A DNA stretch of 64,000 bases from Longimicrobiales bacterium (lineage in GTDB: Bacteria; Gemmatimonadota; Gemmatimonadetes; Longimicrobiales; Gaopeijiaceae). Location of the stretch: assembly GCA_965202985.1 (NCBI GenBank), contig CBDBCF010000001.1, positions 2,208,001-2,272,000 on the forward strand, given 5' to 3'. Shown here one piece after another: positions 45,721 through 54,803 of this stretch (the first letter of the stretch is position 1; the number at the start of each line of letters is the position of its first letter). The notes beneath the pieces were generated by a model. The model was given only the letters and a program-made list of their open reading frames with translations. It made no database searches and had not been told where the DNA came from. The position numbers and the translations under genes are program-made.

Positions 45721-48371
45721 CGCGGACGCGGCGCGGCTGGACCTGGGCTTCGGCAGCCGCAACGCTGGCCACAGGAGGGTGCGGCGACGGAGGCGCGGGT
45801 CCAACCGATCCGCCTTCGCCGCCCCAGGTGGCGCGGATCGAGCTCTCCGCTGGCGAACCCGACGAGCACGTCGTCGGCGACACGGCGGCGGTCACGGCCA
45901 GGGCGCTCTCGGCCGCGGGCGTCGGCATCGGCGGAACGACCGTCCGCTTCTCCGCCGGTCCAGCCTCTGGACACGTCTACCCCGAGTCCGCCGTCACCGG
46001 CGCCGACGGCGTCGCCCGCGCATCGTGGGTGCTCGACACCATTCCCGGCGACCAGACGCTCACGGCCACGGCAGGCGCCGTCTCGCAACGCCTCCAAGCG
46101 ACGGTGACGCCGGGTCCCCCCGCCACGCTCGCGGCGGACACCACAAAGCTTTCGGGGTCGCCCGGGTCGCCCACGACCCAGGCCCCAGTAGCGTGGGTGC
46201 ACGACCGCTTCCGAAACCCCGTCCCCGACGTGCCCGTGAGCTTCTCCGCCTCGGAAGGAAGCTCGGCCAACCCGGCCCAGGCGCTCACCGGAGCGGACGG
46301 GCAGGCAACCACGGTGTGGACGCTGGGTCCCGATCCGGGCGACTACACGCTGACGGCAGAGGTGGCGGGCGTCGGCGGCGTGGAGTTCCTGGCCACGGCG
46401 TACGGCCGTCTCCTGGGGGTCCTGGGCGACACGCTGGTCGTGACGTCCGCGGACACCGCGTTCGTGCTTCCGGTGGTCGCGCCCCCGGAGCAGGAGTGGA
46501 CGGTCCGCGTGATCGACGAAGCGCGTTGGCTGCAAGACGAACCGGTGCTGGAGGTGAAGCGCAGCGCGGACTCTCGGGGCGTCGAGATGCGGGTCCGGTC
46601 GCCCTCTTTCGCCCGGATCGTCGTCGAGACGGTGGAACAGAGCGACGAGCTGGTCGTCGTGGTGGCGCTGCCGAGGCCAATCGTGACGGCGGTGCACCAA
46701 GCGAACTGGCCCGACAGCTCCGACGCCGTGCTCCGCGGCTATCACTTGGATCGCGTGCCGCTCCCCGCCATTCAGGTGGACGGACAGCCGGTGCTGGCCT
46801 ACGGCGACAGCGCCGAGATCGTGATCCGCCCGCCGTTCTTGGGCGACGGCGCCTGCTCCGGGCCGGCGGCCGCCCCCGGCAGACTGTCCGTCGTCGGCGC
46901 GACGATCGCAGCCGAAACCGTCGTCATGCGCGCCGCAGGACCGCTGCTTTCCCTGGCGACGGGCGAGTCGAAGCGCTTCGACGCCAACGACGAGTGCCTT
47001 CGGATCCTGACGCCGCCCGGTGCCCGGTTCGCCGTCGCCAGCGTGGATCGCACCTACATCGACCAGTCGCGGGAAGAGCCGGAAGCCCTCACCTACGCAG
47101 GGCACCCGGTGTACTCCATCTTCGTGGCCGACAGCACGCCGAACGCCGGCTGGTCGCCCGCCCCGCGCCAAGCGCAGCAGCTGCACTTGCACGACTTGCT
47201 CGTCGACCGGCCTCCCGACGTCCGCGTGCACAACCTCGCGGCGGCTGTCGGCATTGCCGCGAACGTGTACACGCATCCCGATCCCTACGTGGTGGGCGAC
47301 GAGTTCGAGTGGTACACCAACAACAGCAGCGAACGAACGGGGACATGGCAGGTAATGGCCCTCTACCCGCCCAACGTCGCGCTGGCGGTGTTCAAGGACG
47401 ACCTGCCGGCCCTGTGGAACGACGCGCGCAAGGCAGCGATGGACTCTCTGTTCATGGAACTCGGGTCGGACGCAGTCCAGGACATGTACAAGAACGTCTT
47501 CGGTCCCGATCCGCCGGCCACGAGCCCCTCCACCAACCAGATGCTGGTGATGTTCCACGACGGCGAAGACGGCGAGGGGACCGGCGTCAACATCCCGTCG
47601 CGGATCGACCATCGCTACTCCACGATTCACTTCCGGCGGGTCCATTTTCAGGACGACAACGGATGGTATCGCACGCTGGTGTCGCACGAGTTCGCCCACG
47701 CTTGGCAGTTCCGCAACTTGCAGGCCTTCTCCGCCGTTTGGAGCACGGAGGGGATCGCCAACTTCTTCGCCGAAGAGTTCGTTCGGGTCGCGGCCGGGCT
47801 GTCGCTGGATGCCAACGTGGACCCTGAACGGCGCGTGGACGGCTGGTCTTGGAGGATGCCCTGGAGCGGGTCCTTCGCGAGCGGCTACCGGGAAAGCCAT
47901 CCGTTCCTTCGGTTCCTGGTCGAGCGGTTGGTGCTGGGCCACGGCCGCAGCTACGAGTCGGCGATTCGCCGGGTGATTCGCGGCGCCGCCGAAGGATGGC
48001 ACGGGCGCCACTTCGTCGAGTGGGGCGCGTGGGATAACTCCCGGCAAGGGCGGGGCCTAGTCGACTACATGCAAGAAGTGGTGCCCACCTGGGACCCGGT
48101 GGAAGCGCGCCTCGACTGGATGCTGTCGATCGCGTTGGACGACCGCGCACCGGGTGCCGGGTACGACTTCCCGTTCGTTCACGAGGCTTGGCAGGTCTTC
48201 GGCCCGCGAACGGAGCTCCGGCTGGGCGACGGGCGGGAGGCCTCGATACGGGCCACGCGCGGCGGCAACGGCTACTACGTGCTGAACGGCGGAAGCGAAA
48301 GCGCCAGCGTGCGCCTGAGCGTCGTGTCGGGCGAGGCCGATGTGGCGTGGAAGATCGTGCGCTTTCGGTAG
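45717..48371 (+). CDS. Lipoprotein with Big_1 Ig-like domains and a HExxH zinc metallopeptidase domain
   Basis: TGGC lipobox; two TGADG.A...W.L Big_1 units; SHEFAHAWQ...EGIANF; GTGA overlap with the upstream stop (alternative start 45702). Confidence 0.75.
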   Translation: MTRTRRGWTWASAAATLATGGCGDGGAGPTDPPSPPQVARIELSAGEPDEHVVGDTAAVTARALSAAGVGIGGTTVRFSAGPASGHVYPESAVTGADGVARASWVLDTIPGDQTLTATAGAVSQRLQATVTPGPPATLAADTTKLSGSPGSPTTQAPVAWVHDRFRNPVPDVPVSFSASEGSSANPAQALTGADGQATTVWTLGPDPGDYTLTAEVAGVGGVEFLATAYGRLLGVLGDTLVVTSADTAFVLPVVAPPEQEWTVRVIDEARWLQDEPVLEVKRSADSRGVEMRVRSPSFARIVVETVEQSDELVVVVALPRPIVTAVHQANWPDSSDAVLRGYHLDRVPLPAIQVDGQPVLAYGDSAEIVIRPPFLGDGACSGPAAAPGRLSVVGATIAAETVVMRAAGPLLSLATGESKRFDANDECLRILTPPGARFAVASVDRTYIDQSREEPEALTYAGHPVYSIFVADSTPNAGWSPAPRQAQQLHLHDLLVDRPPDVRVHNLAAAVGIAANVYTHPDPYVVGDEFEWYTNNSSERTGTWQVMALYPPNVALAVFKDDLPALWNDARKAAMDSLFMELGSDAVQDMYKNVFGPDPPATSPSTNQMLVMFHDGEDGEGTGVNIPSRIDHRYSTIHFRRVHFQDDNGWYRTLVSHEFAHAWQFRNLQAFSAVWSTEGIANFFAEEFVRVAAGLSLDANVDPERRVDGWSWRMPWSGSFASGYRESHPFLRFLVERLVLGHGRSYESAIRRVIRGAAEGWHGRHFVEWGAWDNSRQGRGLVDYMQEVVPTWDPVEARLDWMLSIALDDRAPGAGYDFPFVHEAWQVFGPRTELRLGDGREASIRATRGGNGYYVLNGGSESASVRLSVVSGEADVAWKIVRFR

Positions 48372-48444
48372 GGCGACGCCCGAAGCGGCAGCGTCGTCGT
48401 CCCTGGCGTGTTGCCAGCGTCAGCGCCATGGCTTTGCCTGGGAT

Positions 48445-48855
48445 TTATGATTTTGCGGCCAGCGTCGTGCTCTCCACCGTGCGCGACTCCCACCAAGCCG
48501 CTCCCACTACCCCCGCCAACGTGGTCGCCGCAAGCGGCAGAAGGTTTCCCTCGGCCCCCACAGTGCCTGCCACCAGGGTAATCGTCACCACCGTCAGTCC
48601 GCCGAGGAGGCCCGTCACCCCGATCTCCCAGGGCTTGGCGCGCGCTCGTTTCTCGAGCCAAAGCGCGGTGACTGCGTCCATTGCCAGCTGGCTAACGCGC
48701 TCGGGCACTTCGGTGGCGCGCACGTCCTCGACTTCCTTCAAGACGCGGAGCAAGCGACGGCACTCGTCGCACTGCGCCACGTGGTCCGAAAGCCCGGCAA
48801 CCGAGCGCAGGTCGAAGGCGTGATCGACGACTTGGTCGAGGCGTGGACAAGTCAT
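48445..48855 (-). CDS. Zinc-binding anti-sigma factor (ZAS) with two TM helices
   Basis: HVAQCDEC matches HxxxCxxC; ATGA overlap with the ECF sigma gene. Confidence 0.75.
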   Translation of the reverse strand: MTCPRLDQVVDHAFDLRSVAGLSDHVAQCDECRRLLRVLKEVEDVRATEVPERVSQLAMDAVTALWLEKRARAKPWEIGVTGLLGGLTVVTITLVAGTVGAEGNLLPLAATTLAGVVGAAWWESRTVESTTLAAKS

Positions 48856-49403
48856 GGTCTGAACTCCGGCAATCGCTTGGCCAGCTGCTTCGCGGCGTGA
48901 CGCACGTTGGACCTCACCGTACCGGGCTCCACGCCGAGAAGCTCCGCCGCTTCCCGGGTGCTGCGGGACTCGACGTGGACGAGGTGAAAGGCTTCTCGCT
49001 GTGCCTTTGGGAGCGCTTGAAGCTCCTCGATCACGCGCTCTCGAAACTCGCTCCTTTCCGCTTGGGTCAGCGGATCGACCGTCTGGTCGACGGGCTCCGA
49101 CTGCGGGGGAAGGTCTTCCAGGTCCATCAGACGGTGGGCCTGCCGCTTGCGAGCTCGAATCTCCATGAGGCAGGCGTTGCGGGCGATGCGCCCCGCCCAG
49201 GCCGCAAAGCTGCGGCCCCGACGTAGCGCCTTCCGCTGCTTCCAGATCGCGATCCACACTCGCTGATATAGCTCCTCCGCCCAGTCCGCGTCTTGTTGGA
49301 ACGAAAGAATGACGCCCATCAGGAACCCCCTGTGCCGACGGTTCAACTCGCGAAAGAAGGCCGGGTCTCCGGCCCGGAACAGTGCCAGTTCAGAGTCGTC
49401 CAT
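48852..49403 (-). CDS. ECF RNA polymerase sigma factor
   Basis: Region 2 AEELYQRVWIAIW..SFAAWAGRIARNAC; region 4 LPKAQREAFHL..EAAELLGVEPGTVRSNV. Confidence 0.85.
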   Translation of the reverse strand: MDDSELALFRAGDPAFFRELNRRHRGFLMGVILSFQQDADWAEELYQRVWIAIWKQRKALRRGRSFAAWAGRIARNACLMEIRARKRQAHRLMDLEDLPPQSEPVDQTVDPLTQAERSEFRERVIEELQALPKAQREAFHLVHVESRSTREAAELLGVEPGTVRSNVRHAAKQLAKRLPEFRP

Positions 49404-50211
49404 CCTCCATCTGGTACGGCCCGGCCGAGCGTTGCGCAACGCTCCGGCGACGCGCCACAAGAGCCAGGAGGCCGATCTGGACTGCTGGCGCCAGCAGCGG
49501 CGCCCACGCCGCGACGATCCCGGAGACGGTTTCCCAATCCCGGTTCGATCCTTGTGCCAGCAACATGGCGACGACGAGGGCGAGCGTGCCGGCCAGAGCC
49601 ACCGACCACCGCATGCGGCGGCGGGTTCGCGGGCCCGTCCCGGCGGTCGCCCGACCGAGCAGCAGGCCCGCGAAGGTGTTGAGAAGCGCCACCGCCGCTG
49701 TGGCCGCCGGCAGGTGAAGGAAGAGGACGAGCCTGGCCGGATGCGCCCTGTCGGGGTGCTCGATGGACAAGCTGTATTCGGCGGGCGGGTGTTCCCGCAC
49801 GTACTCCAGGTTCCGCAGAATGCCTGCCGGCGTCTGGATGCCAAACATCTCGATGTCCTTTCCGTATCGGTCTCCCCACGCGAACCCGGCGTACTCCGCC
49901 AGCGGTGTGACCAGGGCCGACATGACGTAGGTCGCAACGGCCAGGATCAGTCCGGCGACCGCGGCTGCACGAAAGCGGCGGCCCCGAAATCCAGCCAAGC
50001 GCAAGCCGCCGGCGACCGCGGCGAAGGCGAGCACGCCGGCGGCGTTGCTGGTCGCGGCTTCGATCAGCCACCAGAACGGTCGCAACCCGGCCCGCGCAAT
50101 GTGCTGGACCAACAGAAGCGCCGTGGCCGTCGCCGTCCACGCCATCGTGGACTTCAGAGCCTGCCAGACGCCGCTGCGGACTCTGAGCGGCACCGTGTCT
50201 TCTTCGCTCAT
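49390..50211 (-). CDS. Polytopic membrane protein, weakly LptF/LptG-like
   Basis: About 6 hydrophobic segments; YVMSALVTPLA and LHLPAATA..GLLLG resemble YjgP/Q helices; family call is tentative. Confidence 0.5.
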   Translation of the reverse strand: MSEEDTVPLRVRSGVWQALKSTMAWTATATALLLVQHIARAGLRPFWWLIEAATSNAAGVLAFAAVAGGLRLAGFRGRRFRAAAVAGLILAVATYVMSALVTPLAEYAGFAWGDRYGKDIEMFGIQTPAGILRNLEYVREHPPAEYSLSIEHPDRAHPARLVLFLHLPAATAAVALLNTFAGLLLGRATAGTGPRTRRRMRWSVALAGTLALVVAMLLAQGSNRDWETVSGIVAAWAPLLAPAVQIGLLALVARRRSVAQRSAGPYQMEDGRL

Positions 50212-50215
50212 GGCG

Positions 50216-50407
50216 CTAGTTGGGCATGCATCCGCCGCAGCCGGAGCCGAGGAAGCAGCAGTTCCGGCAGCAGTACGCCCCCGGTCCGCCGCCCCTGCAG
50301 CAATCCTCCCACAGGCTCGCGACGGGCTGCCTCTGTACCGTCGCGAAGACCGCAGCGGCCAGCACGACGTTCAAGACGATCAAGCCGACGATCATGATGC
50401 TACGCAT
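50216..50407 (-). CDS. Secreted cysteine-rich peptide (63 aa, 8 Cys)
   Basis: RBS AGGAGG; hydrophobic N-terminus; core CCRGGGPGAYCCRNCCFLGSGCGGC; stop is 4 nt from the next ATG. Confidence 0.75.
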   Translation of the reverse strand: MRSIMIVGLIVLNVVLAAAVFATVQRQPVASLWEDCCRGGGPGAYCCRNCCFLGSGCGGCMPN

Positions 50408-50446
50408 GGTTCCTCCTGTTGTCGAGTGTACGGAAAGTAGTGGCCT

Positions 50447-50983
50447 CTAGCCGGATCCCATCGCCATCCAGAGAGCGTCGGCGACTTGGGAGACTCGGTT
50501 TCCGGGTCCGGCAGCAACCGCCCTGCCGTTTGCGCTCACAGCGAACACCCACGGGCTTCGGCGAACGACGGCCCACACGGACGTCTCCGGTCCACTGGCC
50601 GCATCGGCTTGGACCGTAAGGACCGGCACGGGCCACCCGACTGCTGTGGCGTATGCCGAGGCCGTCGCCTGTCTGGACGCCGACAGCGCGACGACCCTGA
50701 GGCTCGGGTCGGCGTGGCGAAGCCAGTCGTGCCACAAGGGAGCTACTCGTCGCGTGTGCACGCACTCCGGGTCGAAAACGAGCACCAGCAGAGGGCCCAT
50801 GGCGGCAAGTTGCTGCTGCCTGCCCTCGGCGTCCGTCGCCAAGACTCTCGACAGGTCCGCCGACGGCAGCGAAGGCGGCTGGGCGGGCGACACGTCGTCG
50901 AGGCGTAGCACGACAAGCACCGTCGCCTGGATGGCGGCGACAACGGTCAACGCTAGGGCGAGCGCCCTGGTCTTCGGCCTCAT
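50447..50983 (-). CDS. Membrane-anchored thioredoxin-fold (TlpA/redoxin-like) protein with CxxT
   Basis: N-terminal TM; LLVLVFDPECVHT..W; cis-Pro-like SPWVFAVSANGR; ATGA overlap with the ECF stop. Confidence 0.65.
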   Translation of the reverse strand: MRPKTRALALALTVVAAIQATVLVVLRLDDVSPAQPPSLPSADLSRVLATDAEGRQQQLAAMGPLLVLVFDPECVHTRRVAPLWHDWLRHADPSLRVVALSASRQATASAYATAVGWPVPVLTVQADAASGPETSVWAVVRRSPWVFAVSANGRAVAAGPGNRVSQVADALWMAMGSG

Positions 50984-51546
50984 CGGTCGTGGGCCACTTC
51001 GCGCAGCTTCCTGCGCAGAGTGGCGTGAGCCCGGCAGAGGTCCGATCTGACTGTGCCCTCCGGGCGGCCGACGGTCGCCGCGATCTCCTTGTGGGACATG
51101 TCCCTGAACCACCGGCAGATCACGACCGTCCGCTGGGTGCCCGGCAGCTCGTCGACGGCTCTGCGGATGTCCACCTTCAGGAGGATCGCGTCCTCGGGGT
51201 GGCCGGTGTCGCTGGCCGCCGGCGAAGCGTGCGCCTCCAAGAGGGAGGACTGGCGGGCGTGCTTTCTCGCCTCCTGCAGGCCCACGTTGCAGACGAAGCC
51301 GACCAGCCACGCACCTGCCGCTTCGGGGTCTTTGAGCGTCTGGAGCGCGTTGTAGGCGGCTATGGAAGCCTTTTGGACGAGGTCCTCCGCTCCCACCGAC
51401 CCGTGGGCGTAGCGAGCCGCCACAGAGAGCATGCGGGGGCGGTGGGTCTCGAGCCAGTTCCCGAAGGTGTGGTCGTCGGGGCTTTCGGCGGGCCGGTCCG
51501 GCGGCGGCCCGGTTCTCGGTTCGGAAGAGCGGCGCGTGGTACCCAT
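50980..51546 (-). CDS. ECF RNA polymerase sigma factor
   Basis: AEDLVQKASIAAY..LKDPEAAGAWL; LPGTQRTVV..MSHKEIAATVGRPEGTVRSDL. Confidence 0.85.
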   Translation of the reverse strand: MGTTRRSSEPRTGPPPDRPAESPDDHTFGNWLETHRPRMLSVAARYAHGSVGAEDLVQKASIAAYNALQTLKDPEAAGAWLVGFVCNVGLQEARKHARQSSLLEAHASPAASDTGHPEDAILLKVDIRRAVDELPGTQRTVVICRWFRDMSHKEIAATVGRPEGTVRSDLCRAHATLRRKLREVAHDR

Positions 51547-52075
51547 GAGTCCTCCGGTGAGGCGACAGCAAGCCGTCGGTGTGACGGCGCGACACTCTCT
51601 TGATGCTCCGAAGCCCGAAAGCGTGCAAAGGGCCTGACGAGCTTGCCGTGGAGACGGCGGCGAAGGCGGGGTTCAGCAGGGCGACGGGTACGGGGTCGAG
51701 GCGGACCCTCGGTTGCCGTTGGAGAAACGGCAGCGGCGACCGGACCCGCTGGCGGCCGGTTCGAGCGTGTGGCGCCGCCTTTGTTCGAGCGGAAGGGATG
51801 GCGGGCGGTGGGCGCTGGACGACGCGCTAATTGCTGATAAGGAGTCCGCGCGCGCGACGCGCACGAAGAGCAAGGGTTGTGTCGCGTACAGAGAACCTCT
51901 CGTGTCCGGGTCGGCTCGGCGTCCCGACAAGGCGGTGGATTCGCGGGAGGCCGCTGTTGCTGCAACAAAACCCGAGTGTCATGACAACCACAATACGAGC
52001 AAAGAATCGCGCGTCCCCGGCCATCGGGGCACGAAGCTCGATCCGTTCACCTTTCCCAACGGAGGAAGAGTCATC

Positions 52076-52630
52076 ATGAGAGAGATCGTCACCAAGATCG
52101 CGGCAATCTTTCTGGTCGCAACACTGGCCGGCGTCCCGGCCGTCGCGCCGATCGAGGCCCAGCCCTCGTCGTCGGAGGACCATTTCCGGACCGGCCAGCC
52201 CGCCTCGCCGAGCTTGGTCGTCGCGGACGCGTCCTGGCAGAAGGAGGTCGACGAGGTCGGCCGTCCCAACAGTCTCGCCTACGCTTCACCTCCGGCGATC
52301 GGCTTTCCACTGGTCCCTACGACCGAAGCCGAGAGGTTGCGGCTCGCGGTGGCCGTGTGCCTAGCCAAGATGTCGCCGAGTGGCGCCGAACACGTGTTGC
52401 GGTCGTTGCGGGCAGGGGCATGGACCTCGGCCGTTCGAGGCATGCAGGACGAAGACGAGGGCGAAACCAACGTGACTTGCACGGGCGAAGAGGCCACCGT
52501 GACCATCACGTCGGACTCGGTGCGAGCTTGCGTGACCAACGGGGAGTGCGCCGGCACGATCAACGGACATGGGGTGCACATGAAGTCCAGTGGCACGGTT
52601 TGCCTAACCATCGATCTCGAGCCGAGCTGA
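52076..52630 (+). CDS. Secreted hypothetical protein with a C-terminal 4-Cys beta-rich domain
   Basis: RBS GGAGG; signal peptide ending PIEA; acidic DEDEGE followed by a Thr/Val/Cys-rich tail. Confidence 0.65.
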   Translation: MREIVTKIAAIFLVATLAGVPAVAPIEAQPSSSEDHFRTGQPASPSLVVADASWQKEVDEVGRPNSLAYASPPAIGFPLVPTTEAERLRLAVAVCLAKMSPSGAEHVLRSLRAGAWTSAVRGMQDEDEGETNVTCTGEEATVTITSDSVRACVTNGECAGTINGHGVHMKSSGTVCLTIDLEPS

Positions 52631-52636
52631 CCGCCA

Positions 52637-53752
52637 ATGGACGCCAAACCAACCGTGGCGACGAACCCCGTCGCCGGTCGCGGGTCCTGGATCCCCCGAT
52701 GGCTGTTGCTGGTCGGCGCCTTGACGATGGGGTCCCCGGCGGGCACGGCCTGGGCGAGCCAGCAGCAGCAATCGTTCAGCCTGCCCGTGTCCCTTCCCGA
52801 GCCGCCCGACGAACTCCTGGCGGCGTGCGATCTGGAGCGGTCGCCGCTTGCGCTCGAAGTCGTGGCGAGTTCGGTGGAGCACTATCCGACGCTGGCGGAG
52901 CGCACCTCCAGCGGCTGGCTCGTTTACGACCGGTACTCGGACCAGGTGGTGGAGCTGGACAACGACCTTCGGGAAACAGCGCAATGGGGTCGCAAGGGTC
53001 CGGGTCCCCTCGAGTACCGGGGCACCGTGCCAGGGTTCGGACGGACGGATTCTGGCGGCACCTTCGTCGTGGACGACTCGCCGCCGTCCGTCATGGTGTT
53101 CGGAGCAGCGAAGGAGGAGCACCGCCTGGACGTGACCCACCGGTTGCATCATGCCGTTAACGCAGGCAACCGGTTGCTGCTGGCCTCTGCCCTGGGTATC
53201 CACGGGACCACTCTGGCACCTGTGGACGAGGTGACGACGGAATGGAGCCGGGAGGACCTGGGGGTCGCCGTCTACGACGACGGCCAGCCTCCTCGTTTCC
53301 GGTTGCGCAGGGGCGGCGACGGGTTCCTGTACGCGGCCACGACGACTCAGTCGGCGATCTTCCTGCTGAACGGGGAGGCCGCGCCCCGGAAAGTGGTCCA
53401 GCGGTGCGTGCCCAAGGCGTGGCGGGAAGTGCATCGGAAGGCGCCGGTGTTCGAGAGCGGTCCTTTCAAGGGACACGGATACTCGATGCAGACGCTCGCC
53501 GACTACGCGGTGCTCGCGAGCGGCCGCGTGCTTGCGCTCGGCACGCTGGCCGCCAGCGGTGACGGGCACGTTTCCGTCGAACTGTACGACGCGAGCGGCG
53601 AGATGGTTCGGGCGTGGGAGCTTCCCTTGGCGACGTCGCAGGCGATGTTCGACCCGTACAACCCGCGCCGTCTTCTGGTGTGGGGAACGTGGAAAGGAGA
53701 CAAGCATGTTCGACTCGTCGAGGTCGAGGGCGATGACTATCCGTCGTCGTAA
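52637..53752 (+). CDS. Secreted beta-propeller protein (6-bladed/NHL-like), paralog 1
   Basis: Signal peptide; WGRKGPGPLEY (GRxGxGPxE motif); ELYDASGEMVRAW. Confidence 0.7.
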   Translation: MDAKPTVATNPVAGRGSWIPRWLLLVGALTMGSPAGTAWASQQQQSFSLPVSLPEPPDELLAACDLERSPLALEVVASSVEHYPTLAERTSSGWLVYDRYSDQVVELDNDLRETAQWGRKGPGPLEYRGTVPGFGRTDSGGTFVVDDSPPSVMVFGAAKEEHRLDVTHRLHHAVNAGNRLLLASALGIHGTTLAPVDEVTTEWSREDLGVAVYDDGQPPRFRLRRGGDGFLYAATTTQSAIFLLNGEAAPRKVVQRCVPKAWREVHRKAPVFESGPFKGHGYSMQTLADYAVLASGRVLALGTLAASGDGHVSVELYDASGEMVRAWELPLATSQAMFDPYNPRRLLVWGTWKGDKHVRLVEVEGDDYPSS

Positions 53753-54803
53753 CGTGACCGCGCTTCTTCTTGTTGCGGTCGCGGCAGGGTCGGGAAGCGC
53801 CGGCGTCAGCGACGCGGCGGCTCTTCAAGCGCCAGGCGCGCCCCCGCCGTTTCGTCCGCCGGAAGCGCTCGTTACGGCCTGCGAAATGGAGCGTTGGCCG
53901 CTCACGGTCGAGGTCGTCGCGACTTCGACTGCACACTATCCGCGTCACGCGGAACGCGTCCCAGGCGGTTGGCTCGTCTACGAGCGGTACGACCAACAAG
54001 TGGTGGAGCTGGACGACGACCTTCGCGAAGTAGCCCGATGGGGTCGCAAGGGGCCGGGCCCGCTGGAGTACCGCGGCAACGTGCCAGGGTTCGGCCGGAC
54101 GGAGTCGAGCGGCACCTTCGTCGTGGACGACTCGCCGCCGTCGGTCATGACGTTCGGCGCGACGGGAACGGAGTACCGCCTGGACGTTCCAAGACCGCAT
54201 CACGCTGTCGCCGTGGGAGGTCGGTTGATGCTTGCGTCGTCTGCGGGGATCCACGAAGCGACGATCACGGGCGACGGAGCGGGCGCAACGGCGTGGAGTC
54301 ACGAGGACCTGGGAATCGATGTCTCCGAAGACGGCAAGCCTTCGCGTTACTTGCTGCGCAGCGGCGACGGCTCCGTCTACGCGGCGGCCACGAGCCAGTC
54401 GTCCATCTGGGCATTGAGCGGCAAGGACGCTCCCCGCAAGGTGGTTCAGCGTTGCGTGCCCAAGGCATGGCAAGAGATGCATCGGAAGGCGCCCGTGTTC
54501 GAGCGAGGTCGGTTCAAGGGACAACGGTACTCGTTGCGAACGCTCGGTGACTATGCAGTCCTCGACGAGGGGCGTCTGCTTGCTCTCGGTACACTGCACA
54601 CTAACGCCGACCTGCACAGCTCGCTGGAGCTGTACAACGCGGACGGAGAAATGGTGCGGGCGTGGGAGATTCCTATGCCGTCGTCGTCTAGAAAGGTATT
54701 CGACCCCTACAACCCGCGCCGTCTTCTGGTGTGGGGACCATGGAAAGGAGAAGAGCATGTTCGACTCATCGAGGTCGACGGCGAGAACTATCCGTCGTCG
54801 TAG
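53706..54803 (+). CDS. Secreted beta-propeller protein, paralog 2 (alternative start 53733)
   Basis: Colinear with paralog 1 (WGRKGPGPLEYRG, GTFVVDDSPPSVM, PRKVVQRCVPKAW, FDPYNPRRLLVWG); AAAGGAG upstream of ATG 53706. Confidence 0.75.
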   Translation: MFDSSRSRAMTIRRRNVTALLLVAVAAGSGSAGVSDAAALQAPGAPPPFRPPEALVTACEMERWPLTVEVVATSTAHYPRHAERVPGGWLVYERYDQQVVELDDDLREVARWGRKGPGPLEYRGNVPGFGRTESSGTFVVDDSPPSVMTFGATGTEYRLDVPRPHHAVAVGGRLMLASSAGIHEATITGDGAGATAWSHEDLGIDVSEDGKPSRYLLRSGDGSVYAAATSQSSIWALSGKDAPRKVVQRCVPKAWQEMHRKAPVFERGRFKGQRYSLRTLGDYAVLDEGRLLALGTLHTNADLHSSLELYNADGEMVRAWEIPMPSSSRKVFDPYNPRRLLVWGPWKGEEHVRLIEVDGENYPSS

